A stretch of DNA of 64,000 nt, taken from assembly GCF_036321535.1 (NCBI RefSeq), contig NC_087437.1, positions 58,716,001 to 58,780,000 on the forward strand. Direction: 5' to 3'. Source of the DNA: Camelus dromedarius. Its lineage: Eukaryota. Position numbers and translations under genes: made by a program. Below are positions 1 to 11,963 of this stretch, in pieces. Within the stretch, counting starts at the first letter, position 1. Every line of letters begins with the position of its first letter. The notes below the pieces were generated by a model that was not told where the DNA came from, made no database searches, and saw only the letters and a list, made by a program, of their open reading frames with translations.

Positions 1-898
1 TTTCATGTTTAATGTCCACCTGGTTTTTTTTTTCTTATCCATTTAGTTTTTAATTACAATAATTGTATTTCCTCATATTTAGAATTCTATTTGGTCTTTT
101 TCCACAAACGCCTGGGCCTTTTTGACAGTACAATCATCCCTCAGTATTTGCAGGAGTATTTGGTTCCAGCACTGACCACAGATTCCCCAGATCCACAGAC
201 GCTTAAGTCCCCTGGCCCGCCCTCAGTATGTTTAGGCTCTGCATCCCACCGTGAAAATCTGGTGGTTTTCCTTACTTTCAGCTCAGTCAGTCCTGAATCT
301 AAAAGTGTGCCTGTTTGTATTTTATACAGAATATGTTCTATTTCAGGAGGGATTTTCAAGTTCTCTAGCTCTTTGCCACAAGTGCCTTAGCACAAGTTTC
401 TTTCTAAAAGTAGTTACATTTCCATTCATTGTAAAACATCACCTTTTCTTTGAACGGATGGATTATGCATGTATGGAAAATATCTACTACCCGCATACCA
501 CCTATCACAGGGAAGGGCAGCAAATTTGGAATAATTTCTCTTTTTGTAAGAGAAAAATTGTGCCTCAATTTTAAGTGCCTTGCCATGGGATACCCTGTTT
601 GGCCTTTATTGTTACCATCTGCCATTTAAAATAATTACTAAATTCACCTATTTGTACATATATGAACTGGAACACTTTGTGATAAGCCCAGAGGGACAGA
701 ACAAATGAGGAGGTTCCTGTCTACCTGTCCAAGTTATGTGCATCTCACTGACATATCTTGGATGAAGACATCATTAATGTTAATAAAAGTTAAATATTTT
801 ATATTTATATTTTTTTATAATTAAATTTTTATAATATTTTGATTTTTTATAATCAACTAAAAATATATAGAAGTTCTAATATTTTATTTCCCTCATCC

Positions 899-1103
899 CA
901 GTGGCTAATCTTATCTTTCTTGTGGGGTATAAGTACCAGTTTCCACACTGAAAATTTTTTTGTCACACTGGGGAAGGTATTTCCAGCATCTAGTGGGTAC
1001 AGACCAGGAATTCTGCTAAGTATCCTACAAGGCACAGTATAGCCCCCTAAAACAAAGAATTATTTTTCAAAAATGCAAAAAATGCTCAGGTAGAGAAATA
1101 CTG
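899..1103 (+). mobile_element. MER20-like hAT-Charlie DNA transposon (MITE) relic
   Basis: Starts cagtgg; has gcatctagtgggtacagaccaggaattctgctaagtatcctacaaggcacag and aacaaagaattat; ends gagaaatactg. Follows the recalled MER20 consensus. Confidence 0.8.
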
Positions 1104-2869
1104 AATTAAAGACAAATTCCTCAGAATAGCAGTTCCAGTGTTTTAATTTAATTCTGTACCGCTACCCTTCAAAGTCCTCTGATTCCCATACGCTGGGTGC
1201 TTCTCTCAACCAGATAATCCATGTGCTGTTCATTTCCCCCCATCCCATTTTTAGCACCATGCTGGTTTTGGTGTGTGAACTCTTTTCCAGCTGTAGTATT
1301 TCTGATTTCATCTCTGCCTCGGAACTAGATGGTTCACCAGGTTAAGAGAAAGATGCTTTTCCTAATGCTCTGCTTCAGGCAAATAGTCAGGTTAACGCTA
1401 TTATTCTAAACCATGGAGACTTGTGGGCACTTTTTCTGTGAAAGTAAACTCAGGGTGACTATGATGCAATATCTTGTGTAGTCGTCAGGTTCTAAGAGTT
1501 CTAAGAGTAAACACAGAGGTGGGATGCGGTGAGATGGGGTGAGGGGTACAAGAATGGAATAAACACAGACATGGCGGGACCTGTGTGTTGGGGAAGATTT
1601 TTAAAGTCCCATATTTGGACTGGAGGGCATGTGAGGTTCAGGTGGCATACGTGAAACTCATTTAGCTTGGATGAGCTGATAAGCAGGGTCTGGAGCAGAC
1701 AGACAAGACAGGAGGCCAAGGACGTGGAACAGCGGGACACAGACTCCAAAACACTGATTCAAGAAGGCTCAGGGAAACGTGTGCTAGACATTAGAGGGGT
1801 CTTTTCACCTGTTTCTCTTCCCTGATGACACAAACCCAGCGCAATCAGAGTGAGAGGTCCATGGATGGAGTAAAATAAACCACCTGGTGAGGCGTGCCCA
1901 GGGCTCCACTGGCCCCGGGGCCCAGGCAGAATGTTCCTGCCTGTTCCTCCCCTCGTGACCTCACCCAGCCCACCCCGCCTCCAGGTGCTGCCTGGCCTCT
2001 CAGCGGCCTTCCACTTCACAGAACGTCCAGATTTTTTTAAATTAATTAATTAATTTAAAAATTTTAAATTATTTTTTTAATTTAACATGGCGGCCTCCAC
2101 AGACTTCTTATAATTTTTAAAAATTAAAAAAACATTTTTTTAAATTTGCATCAGGCTTTTATTTTTGAGGGGAGCTCCCCATAGTTGGAAAGGCCTAAGA
2201 GCAGGCCCTAGACTTGATCTCAAGGCACAAAAAGGGAAGTGAGGTGGGTCGGAAGCGCCCCAGGGCAAGGGGAGCAATCCAGCTTTTGCCTGGAGGAACT
2301 AGATGCTCAGCCTCAGGGAACAGATGCAGAGAGGCTCCTTAAGCTGGGAGCAATGCCTTTTCCCACAAGGAGTGAGAAAATTAAATCCACGTTGAACCCC
2401 CACTAAGGAAAAGCAGCCAGGACTGCTGGGGTGGGGGCGGCCAGGGAGTGCGGGAGGAGGTCTCCATCCATTGCACTTTATCTGCTTATGCAATAGATCT
2501 TCATTATCTACGCTGTCCTGTGGTTCCCCAGGTCCCCAGGGAGATGCTTAATGACATAAACTGCTTAATAAGCAGTGACTGGTGCCCCCAAGGAGCTGAT
2601 GGAGGGGGAAGGCTGCGCTTTCAGTGTTTCCTTTCTCCCAGCTTATCTTTGCGAGCAGGCCAGAGTCAGAGAGAAAACGCATCTGGCTCCCCACGGGCCT
2701 CGGCATTTGCTCTGTTGGGAGCTGACTCCAGGGCAAGGTTGCCAGTCACAAGGCACCAGGGATGCAAGGCTTTTGTTTTGTGCGCTCTTCAGTGCAGATT
2801 TCCTGCCTGGGCACTGTCTTAGGCTCCCCGCAGAAGTCACACTTACTTCTATTTTATTTACCAAACATG

Positions 2870-3025
2870 TATATAGCACTCCGAGTGTGCCAGATCACGT
2901 TCTAGGCGCTTTATAAGCATTAACCAATTTAAGCCACAGAAGAGTGTTACAGAGTTAGGTACTATTTCTAAGTTCTTTTTAAAGATGAAGAATCTGAGAC
3001 ACCAGGTAAAGTCTGCCAGCCACAA
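2870..3025 (-). mobile_element. MIR SINE relic
   Basis: gtgccagatcacgttctaggcgcttta...agatgaagaatctgagacacc resembles the antisense MIR core. Confidence 0.65.
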
Positions 3026-3485
3026 GGAGCACGGCAGCCTCCAGGGACTTCTCATCTCTGCGCTGGGTGCAGGCGTGGCCTCCTTCTGCCTCTGCCTGCC
3101 ATTTAGAGTCCTGCTTGTGTTCCTCTTCCTCCAGGCATTCTCCCGGGTTGCTCCCCATCTTGCTGCCCTGCCGTCTTTGCCTCTCTCAGCCCTGCAGGGG
3201 GCATCCGCCTGGTCCTTGCACATACACTCCCATTTCTACATTTCCAGCTAATTAATTCACTGTCCAAGAATTTCATACACATCAAACATCAAGAAGAGAT
3301 GCTTCTCTCCTAAGGAAATAACTTGAAAAAATGTCAAAGATTTATGCCTAGAGGTAGTATCTCAATGTCATTTGTATGACTGAAAAATTGGGAACGCTTT
3401 CAGTGTTCAATAAGAGGGGATTGGTTAACAAACTATAAAGGAGTATCACGCAACCATTTAAAATTCCTACTTCAGGAAGCTTCTA

Positions 3486-3577
3486 TTTTTATTTATTTAT
3501 TTACTTAATGGAGGGACCAGGGAATGAATGCAGGACCTCATGCATTTGAAGCACACACTCTACTCTAGCTATGCCCC
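3486..3577 (-). mobile_element. Camelid Vic-1-like tRNA-derived SINE
   Basis: T-rich tail, then atggagggaccagggaatgaatgcaggacctcatgc...ctagctatgccccc (antisense B and A boxes). TSD caggaagcttYta at 3473-3485 and 3578-3590. Confidence 0.75.
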
Positions 3578-3590
3578 CAGGAAGCTTTTA

Positions 3591-3771
3591 TTTTTTATTT
3601 ATTTACTTTTTATCAAAGTATAGTTAATTTACAACATTGTGTTAGTTTCCGGTGTACAGCAAAGTGACTTAGTTATACATATATATTCTTTTTCATATGC
3701 TTTTCCATTATAGTTTATTACAAGACATTGAATATAGTTCCCTGTGCTATACAGTAGGACCCTGTTGTTTA
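3591..3771 (-). mobile_element. 5'-truncated cetartiodactyl-type L1 3' end
   Basis: aagtatagttaatttacaacattgtgttagtttccggtgtacagcaaagtgac...gttccctgtgctatacagtaggac; near-identical motifs at 25.4, 38.6 and 44.3 kb. Confidence 0.85.
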
Positions 3772-4341
3772 TTCAGGAAACATTTAAAGAGGAAATATGT
3801 CAAGATTAATGTTCAGGGGACATGGGATCTAAATTATATATCTAACAACGGCTTAAGTACCATCAGTGGTAAGTGGGTGGGGTAAGAATATTTTTGCACT
3901 GATAATTGTCTAGAATTGCTGTCACATAATGAAAGTCAGGCAACTTTTAGTAGGTTTCATTATTGTTTTAAAAGTTTTACAGACAGCCCACCTCTTTATG
4001 GTACTCTGCATTGACTGTCCTCACCGCAACTACCCCCTTGGTAGGCCACTGCTGTTTTGGTATGTCGTTTTGGTATGTCATTTTGTCCATCAAATGTCAT
4101 TTAATTGCTTGTTCAATGTCTGTCTCCCTTGTAGGACCTCAAGCACTATGAGGGCATCTCTCTGATGACTAAAGATGTTGAGCCTCCTTTCATGTGCTTG
4201 TTGGCCATTGATGTCTTCTTTTGTGAAACGTCTTTTCAAGTCTTTTGCCCATCTTAAAAAACAATTGGACTGTTCGGGGTTTTTAAAATACTGACTTGTA
4301 GACGTTATTTATGTGTTCTGGATACAAGTTCTTAGTGGGAC

Positions 4342-5132
4342 TTTTTTTTTTAATTGAGATACAATTGACATAAATCATTATGTTTCAGGTGTGCAACATA
4401 ATGATTTGGTATATATGTATATTGTGAAATAATCACCACAATAAGTCTGGTTAACATCCACCACCACACATAGTTATAATTTTTTCCTTGTGATAAGGAC
4501 GTGTAAGATTTACTCTTTCAGCAACTTTGAAATATGCATTATTATTAACTATCATCACCATGCTGTGTATTACAACCCCAGGACTTATTTATTTTATAAA
4601 AATTTTTGTAAAATTTGTATCTTCTGATCCCCTTCACCCATTGCAACCACCAATCAGTTCTCTGCCTACATGAGTTTGTTTTTATTGTTTGTTTATTTTT
4701 TAGATTCCACACAGAAGTGAGATTACGTGTTATTTGTCTTTCTATTCCTGACTTATTTCACTTACTATAATGCTCTCAGGGTCCGTGCATGTTGTCACAA
4801 ATGGCAGGATTTCCTTCTTTTTTATGATTGAACAACATTCCATTTTACATCTTCATATATATGTGTGCATTTTTTCTTTATCTATTCATCTATCAAGAGA
4901 CACTTAGGTTTTTCCCATATCTTGGCTATTGTAAATAATGCTGCAATAAACATAGGAGTGCACATTTCGAGTTAGTGTTTATGTTTCCTTTGGATTAACA
5001 CATAGAAGTGGGATTGCTGGATCATATGCTAGTTCTATTTTTAATCTTTGGAGGAGCCTCCGTACTGTTTTCCATAGAAGCTGCACTAATTTACATTCTC
5101 ACCAACAGTGCGCAGGGTTCCCTATTCTCCCC
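4342..5132 (-). mobile_element. L1MA-type 3' end inserted in the older L1
   Basis: Poly-T at 4342, then aattgagatacaattgacata...ttagattccacacagaagtgagat...gggattgctggatcatatg...ctcaccaacagtg; degenerate TSD tagtgggac/tggtggggc. Confidence 0.8.
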
Positions 5133-5388
5133 TGGTGGGGCATTTTATTATACATATTTTGTTTCAGATTATGGCTTGCTTTTCTTTTTCCTTTTTTAAT
5201 TCTTTTAATGAGTAGAAATATTTAATTTTGATGAAGTCCAGTTTATTGATTTTTAAATTTCATGGCTTTAATGTCATCTTAAAGAAATCTTTGCATACCC
5301 CAAACCTCAAAAATATTCCCCCACTTTAGTTCCTAGAAGTTTTATAGTTTTAGCTTTTAGACTTAGAACTAGGATCCATCTTGAATTA

Positions 5389-5705
5389 CATTCAGCTCTC
5401 CGTATATGCAGGTTCCAAATCCATGGATTCAGTCAACCAGGATCAAAAATATTAGAAAAGAAAATGTTACAGAAAATTCCAAAGAGCAAAACTCAAATTT
5501 GCCATGTGCTGGCAACTATTTACATATCATTTACATTGTATTAGGTATTATAAGTAATCTAGAGATGACAAAGTATATGGGAGGAAGTGTGTAGGTTATA
5601 TGCGAACACTGCATCATTTTATATAAGGTACTCAGATTTCAGTGTCCGTGGGGGTGTGGGTGGGGGTCCTGGAACCAATCCCCTGCAGACACTGAGGGAC
5701 AACTG
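5389..5705. mobile_element. Tigger3a/MER2-type TcMar-Tigger MITE
   Basis: Flanked by TA at 5387-88 and 5706-07; internal gtattaggtattataagtaatctagagatg; terminal ggaaccaatcccctgcagacactgagggacaactg. Confidence 0.85.
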
Positions 5706-7112
5706 TAATTTTTATGAACAGTGTGAGATAGGGATCAGGGCTCATTTTTTCCATAAAGATGTCCAGTTATTCCAGCATTATTTGTTAAAAAGACTTCCCT
5801 TTCACCATTGGTTTGCCTTGATGCCTTTGTCAAACATCAACTAATTATATATGTGAGATGTTTCTGTTTACTAATACTCTGTCATTTCTGGGCCAGTTTT
5901 GATTCATGGATTTTTTGCTCATCATGGCTTGTACTTTCCTGCATCTCTGCAGGAAATTCACAATGTTAGACCTTGTGAATTTTATCTTGTTGGGTATTGG
6001 GCATTTTTGTATCTGTAGTCTTTCACTTCCGGTCAGGATGAGTTACGGATTTACCCTTACCACAGACTTCTCTTTGTATTCTAACTGGTAAGCTCACAAT
6101 CGTGAGGTTTTCCATTCTAGCTTTTGGGAACACACACGATCCAACCTTGTGTGTGCTCTGGGTTCTGTTCCCGCTCATTATTTTGGGAGATTCTTCCCCC
6201 TTAGGTAGTTTTTCCACATATTAACTGACCAGTACTCAGTTAAAGATTCACGAGGACCTTCTGAGAATCTCTAGAGCTCTCTTTTTATGTAACTCTTACT
6301 TCTCTGGTATTCTATCTCAAGATCTCTAGCTGCATTGGATGCCCACCTCCATCTCCTCAACTCAGGTAGACCACTGGGCTCTACCTGGGTTCTCTTTCCT
6401 TGTGTCTTGGCTTGGAAACTTTCTCCAGTCAGTAAGCTGTGGCCATTGTAGGGCCACCTCATTTGCTTCCTGTCTCTCAGGGATCCCCGTTCTTCACCTC
6501 ATGCGCATTGTCTTGAGTGCTATCGTTTCATATATATTGTCTGTTTTTTTCAGTTGTTTTATCTGTAAAAGTAATTCTTGCTCTTGTTAATCATCTTGAC
6601 CAGAAGTGAGAGTTCTGACTGGAATCAGAAGTCTCACAAATTTTGACATGTGTTTTTAAATATCATTTAAATCAAAATATTTTTTCGTTTCTCCTTTGGT
6701 TTCTTCTGTGATTCCTGTCTTGTTTAGAATTGTGTTGCTTAATTCTCAAACATTTGGGAAATTTCCAGGTATATTTTTGTTATTGATTTCTAGCTTATTT
6801 CCATTGTGGTCAGATAATGTATTCTGAATGATTTTACACCTTTTAAATTTAGTGAAACATGTTTTATGGCCAAGAATATGATGTATCTTGGTGAATGTTA
6901 CATATGAATGTGAAAACAATGTGTTTTCTGTTTTGGGGTATGGTGTTCTATAAACAGCGGTTAGGTCAATTTGGTGAAATGTTGTTCACATTTTCTTACA
7001 TCCTATCTAATTTTTTGTCTACTTGTTCTTCTAATTACTGAGAGAGTGGTGTTGAGTTTGTCTATTTCTTTTTTCAATTCTGTCAGTTTTGCTTCATGTA
7101 TTTTGAAGCTTT

Positions 7113-7250
7113 TTGTTTGTTTTCTTTTTTCTTGTTTGTTTGTTTTGTTTTTGTTTTTGTTTTTGTTAGTAGAAGTACTGGGGATTGAACTCAGGACCTC
7201 ATGCATGCTAAGCATGTGCTCTACATTGAGCTCCACCCTACACCCACCCC
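7113..7250 (-). mobile_element. Camelid Vic-1-like SINE inserted in L1 ORF2
   Basis: agaagtactggggattgaactcaggacctcatgcatgctaagcatgtgctctac with (TTTG)n tail; TSD aagcttt at 7106-7112 and 7251-7257. Confidence 0.85.
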
Positions 7251-10139
7251 AAGCTTTGTTTTTATGTGCATATACATTTAGGATTGTTAGATCTTCTTGA
7301 TAAATTGACTCTTTTCTCATTATAAAACATCCATCATTTTCCTAGTCTTAATGTCTACATTTTCTGATATCAAAATAGCCACTTCAGCTTTCTTATACTT
7401 GGTGTTTTTCATAGTATATCTTTACTTTATATTGAAAGTGAACATCTTGTAGACAGTATGTAGATGGATGTTGCCTTTTAAAAAAAAAAACTCTGTTCCA
7501 ACAAGCTCTGACTCTGAAGTGGTGTATTTAGACCATTTATATTTAATATAATTATTGAGTTGGTTGGATTTAAGTCTACCACCTTGCTATTTATTTTCTA
7601 TTGTCCCCATTTTTCTTTACTCCTTTTTTCCCTTTTCTTATCTTCTTTTGAATCAAATTTATTAAATTTTGTATTACACTTTATATTCACTATTGTCTAT
7701 ACCTACTTATTCTATTTTTAGCAATTTTTCTAAATTATACAGTACATACATTTCATTTATCACAACTACTTTCAGTTTATATAAGGTCAGAATTTTACAT
7801 CAATATACCTCAGTTTTTCCCTTTCCATTCTTTGTGCTAAAGTTGATATACATTTTACTTTACTATATATGATAACCACCATATTTTTGTTTAAATAGTC
7901 CGTAATCTTTTAAATAATTAAACAAAACAAGAAAAATAGTCTTTCATATTTACCCACACATTGGTTATGTATGATACTTTTCATTACTTTGTTTAGACCT
8001 GAATTTCTATCTGTTATCTTTATCCTCCTGCAGGAAGTACTTTAATATTTTTTGCAGCCTACTTCTGCTGATGGCAAATTCACCCATCTTTTGTTTGGTG
8101 AAAATGTCTTTATTTTGTCTCTAATGTTGATATTTTTGCCAGCTATAGACTTCAGGGATAATTGGATTTATCTCATCTTTTCCCTTCTGCACTTTAAACA
8201 TCTCTTTCCTTGTCTTTGGCTTTCATGGTTTCTGAAGAATTCAGCTGTCACTCATCTAACCATTTCTCGTGTATATGTGTCCCTATGTTCTTTAGCTACT
8301 TTTAAGATTTCTCCTCTGTATTATTTATTTTCAGCATTTTGATCATGGTGTGCCTAAATATGATTCTACATATATTTAACAAACATTTTTACAGAATATT
8401 TTGGATCTGTATTTTAATGCTTTTGTATTTTAATGTTTTTCACTAACTTTAGGGAATGATCCAGGTATTTTTTCTTCAATTTATTTTTTCAGCCTCATGT
8501 CTTTATTCTACCCTCCAGGACTCTAATTATGTATATGTTAGCTGCCTGGTATTTTCCCACAGGTCACAGAGGCCTTTTCTGTTTCTTTTACCCTCTTTTA
8601 TCTGTTTCAAATTGGATAATTTCTACTGATGTATCTTCAATTTTATTAGCTCTTTCTCATGTAGTTTCCAATCTACTCTTAAGGCTATCCAGTAAAGTTT
8701 TTTATCCTACACGTTAGACTTTTTATTTTCAGAATTTCCACTTGATTCTTTTTTAATGATTTCCATTTCTCTGCTGAGATTTCCTATATTTTTCTTTAAG
8801 TCATCAAATACATTAATAATAGCTGCTTTCAATGTAAAATCTGTCTGCTAATCCTAACATCTCTATGACCTCAGGGTCCATTGCTATCAATTCATTTTTT
8901 TTCCTCTTGATTGTGGCTGGGTTGCTTTTTCCTACTTCTTCACATGTCTGGTAATGTTTGATTCTATGATCCTCAATATGGATAATAAAATGTAGGGAAT
9001 CCAGATTATGACATCTTCCTTTGAAGGGCATTGGATTTTGTTTTGGAAGGCAGTTAAACAATTAGAAGATCTTTTTGGTCCTGTCAGGCCCGTTTCTTTT
9101 CTTTGTTGAGAGAGGAGAGTCTGTTTTGGTTTTGAGCCTCATTTTCGCATTGGCCCTAATTCTCGGTCATGGTTTTTACTATGAAGGCATAGACATTGAG
9201 GGCTCCGCTGAATCCTTAAGGTAATTTAGACAGTGTTTCCACTCTTCTCGGGCCAGAAGTCCAATGTCTGTCACTGCTGCAGGACCACTGGTGTCTCTGG
9301 GTTCTTAGTTGTGTATGTCCCGCTCAGTTCTCAGCCACAGACCCACAGTCAGTCCCCATGAAGACTACAAGGGCTTGTGTTTTTGTGAAGCTTTTTCTTC
9401 TCTGATATCCTGCCCCATGAATTCCAGCCTCTTCTGTAGCCTGGAGCTCTGAGCTCTGCCACCTCTGCTGTGAGAGAGCACTACTCAGCTTGGGCTCTGT
9501 CTCCACTGTCACAGGGAAGTCCCCTGGGCAGAAAGCTGGGGTGACCACAAGACCCTCTTCCTCCAAAATCACAGTGTCCAACTGCCTGTTGTTCAGTGTC
9601 TGAAAACATCTACCTCATATGTTTTGTCCCTGTTTGTAGTTTAAAGCAGGGAGACAAGTTGTGTGCCAGTTTCTCTGTTGTGGCCAGAAACAGAAATCCC
9701 CATGTGGTTTTAATCTTTGCAACATTAGCCCTCCACATGTTGCAGAGTGAAAGGGTCCAATTTCTCTTAAACTATCACATATTCTTCAACAAGTCCCCTT
9801 AGCTCAGAGCAAGAAGTCACGTGGCACTCAGCCTTGGCTGACTGAGTGATTTAACTGAGAAGGTTTATGAGGATTAACTAGAAACTGGCCAAAATGTACA
9901 ATAAAGAGATAACTAGCTGCTTTATTGCATATGTATATTATTTTTTTCCTGGCCACAAAGTCCCAAATGGAAGCAATTCCACATTGGACAGACTTAGTCT
10001 TCTAATTTTCTCTCCTACATCTAGGAAGTAAAAGTGGTGTCAGAGCACATGAAACCATTGCTCTGTTACACTCATCACCCTCTGCCAGAATCCCTCTTTC
10101 CAGGTTAACAGAAAAATGAGATCTGTCTGATACCAATGG

Positions 10140-10420
10140 GCACCGAATATCCTTGTGAAGACCTATCTCAGCGTAAGATGTCACTTCCTTGTTGTCTCGT
10201 GATTAGTCACACCTATTACGTTTGCCTTGCTCTTTTTCACTTCAGAGCACTTTAAACAGTTTGTAGTCACACATATATCTGTGTTGCTTCTTTGCAGTCT
10301 CCCCCAGTTTTTCGTTTTCCACAGGGGCAAAATCCTTGTCAGCAGCCCTGGTGTCTAGCAGAGTGATTGGTATGTACAGGAGCTAAGAATTATTTGTTGA
10401 ATGAATAAATAGAGGACTGA
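10140..10420 (+). mobile_element. L2 LINE 3' end relic
   Basis: Ends gtgtctagcagagtgattggtatgtacaggagctaagaattatttgttgaatgaataaat, typical of the L2 3' terminus. Confidence 0.65.
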
Positions 10421-11799
10421 ATCTACAAATGAACAGAACTCTGTGGAATTAGACCGAAAAGGATACAAGTAGAAGGGCCTTATGGATTAAGAGAAAGGAC
10501 TAGTCCCTAAATACCTACGGTTTTTAACTTTCAAGACACACAGACCTCTTAGCCAGAGATGACTATGAGGAGCTACTGTTTCACTCAAAACAGACATTGT
10601 TTGCGGAGGGTCCATCCAAAGATGCTGCTACTGAGACCGGAGCATGAGGGTGCCTGCCCTTTCCATAAGGGCTTTTGTGACACATAGGATTTTGCCTCCA
10701 GACTGTACAACCATAAAAGCCCTCCCTCCCTGACAGTTGCGTGTATCAGGGAAAGACTTCTTGTTCTCTATGGGAGGGCTCAGCATGTGTGGATTTTAAT
10801 AACTCCCAGGGCACTGAAGTTTCTGCATGTGGCCCAGAGAATATCTTGTCTTCTCTTGGTTACGGTGGAAGAAGAAACCAAGAACAAAGGCAGAACATTC
10901 TTTGACTGAAGGAGCCCTGGACACAGAGCACTAAGGACTATTTGTCAAAAGGTCTCATCTTGTGGGCAGTGAAACTTGATCTAGGGACCAGTGGGACTGG
11001 TCAAGGTCACCCAGTGAGTAAAGAGCATCGCAAGGACTAGTTTCCTGTAGAGGACATCGATCTCTAGTTCAGGTGGTTATTGTTTATCTGTTCCCCCCTC
11101 TACCCCTCTCCCCACCCACCCCTGCCAATATACAAGGTTGCGTTTCAGCTTGAGTGGTTTACACTCCCAAGTAAGAGCATGGTATTTTCTGATCTGGTGT
11201 GACTGGGGAGAGCCAGAAGAGAAGACTTTTTTTTTTTTTTTAATTTGGCAGCACAGTCCCAGGGCCATGAGGCCTTGATCAAAAGTTCAGTGACTGTTTA
11301 CAATCAGGAAAGGCTGCAGTGAGGGTCAGGGGAGGATGGAGACAGAAGCAGCCCAGGGGTTTAAAGGTCCGAACACACGCTGTTTCAGACTTGTTGCATG
11401 AGCTACGGGTAGTCCTCCCCTTCTCTGCGTCTTGGTTCCAGCATGTATGAAATAAGGGAGCTGAAAAGAGATCACCTCTACCATTCCGTCTTAACTTACT
11501 CTAAGCAGTAGCACACTTGAAAGAAATGCATACTGCCACTGTGCAGATTTACAGGGTCCCGACTTCTCTGTATGTTCTCAAAAGCAGAAAAGATTCCTAG
11601 TTTTTGTGGAAATATATGCATACCAAAGCCTAAACCTGCAGCCCCGAGAAGTCTAGTGATGATGAACATCCCGGATAAACCTGCAAAGGCTGATGCAGTC
11701 ACAAAAGCCACCGCCCCCGCTCCCCACTCCCCACTCCAAAGTGCGTAAAAGTACTTTTTTGCACAGCGCTTCCACTGAGGGTTAGGACATCAGGGTTCT

Positions 11800-11963
11800 A
11801 ATTCTTCTTTTTCTTTCTTTTTTAAAAAATAAATTATACCTGTGTTGAGGTTTACTTTCTTTTTTTTATTTTTATTTTTTTTAATAGAGGTACTGGAGAT
11901 GGAACCCCGGACCTTGTGTGTGCTAAGCATGCATACACTCCACCACTGAGCTACACCCTCCCC
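11800..11963 (-). mobile_element. Camelid Vic-1-like SINE with extended double tail
   Basis: Body 11883-11963 (gaggtactggagatggaaccccggacc...ccactgagctacaccctcccc); TSD tcagggttct at 11790-11799 and 11964-11973. Confidence 0.85.

Larger units (their letters stand above)
4160..9700 (-). mobile_element. Fragmented ancient L1 (L1M/L1MC/L1ME class) block with ORF2, ORF1 and 5'-end remnants, interrupted by younger elements
   Basis: T-rich antisense L1 sequence. Minus-strand translation at 7003-7320 contains ORF2 endonuclease-like residues (SIYQEDLTILNVYA, KLTELKKEIDK, TSRQKI). Old L1 5'-terminus-like ends near 6615 and 9698. Confidence 0.8.

Noticed and set aside
770..890. Very AT-rich, loosely symmetric stretch (similar at 2030-2145)
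   Set aside because: Low-complexity sequence; the apparent symmetry follows from base composition
1462..1470. TGATGCAAT C/EBP-ATF4 composite motif
   Set aside because: A single 9-mer without supporting context is plausible by chance in 64 kb
4054..4079. 13-bp tandem duplication gttttggtatgtc x2
   Set aside because: Ordinary slippage duplication with no further structure
7170..7250. tRNA-like A/B boxes
   Set aside because: Part of a tRNA-derived SINE with tail and TSD, not a tRNA gene
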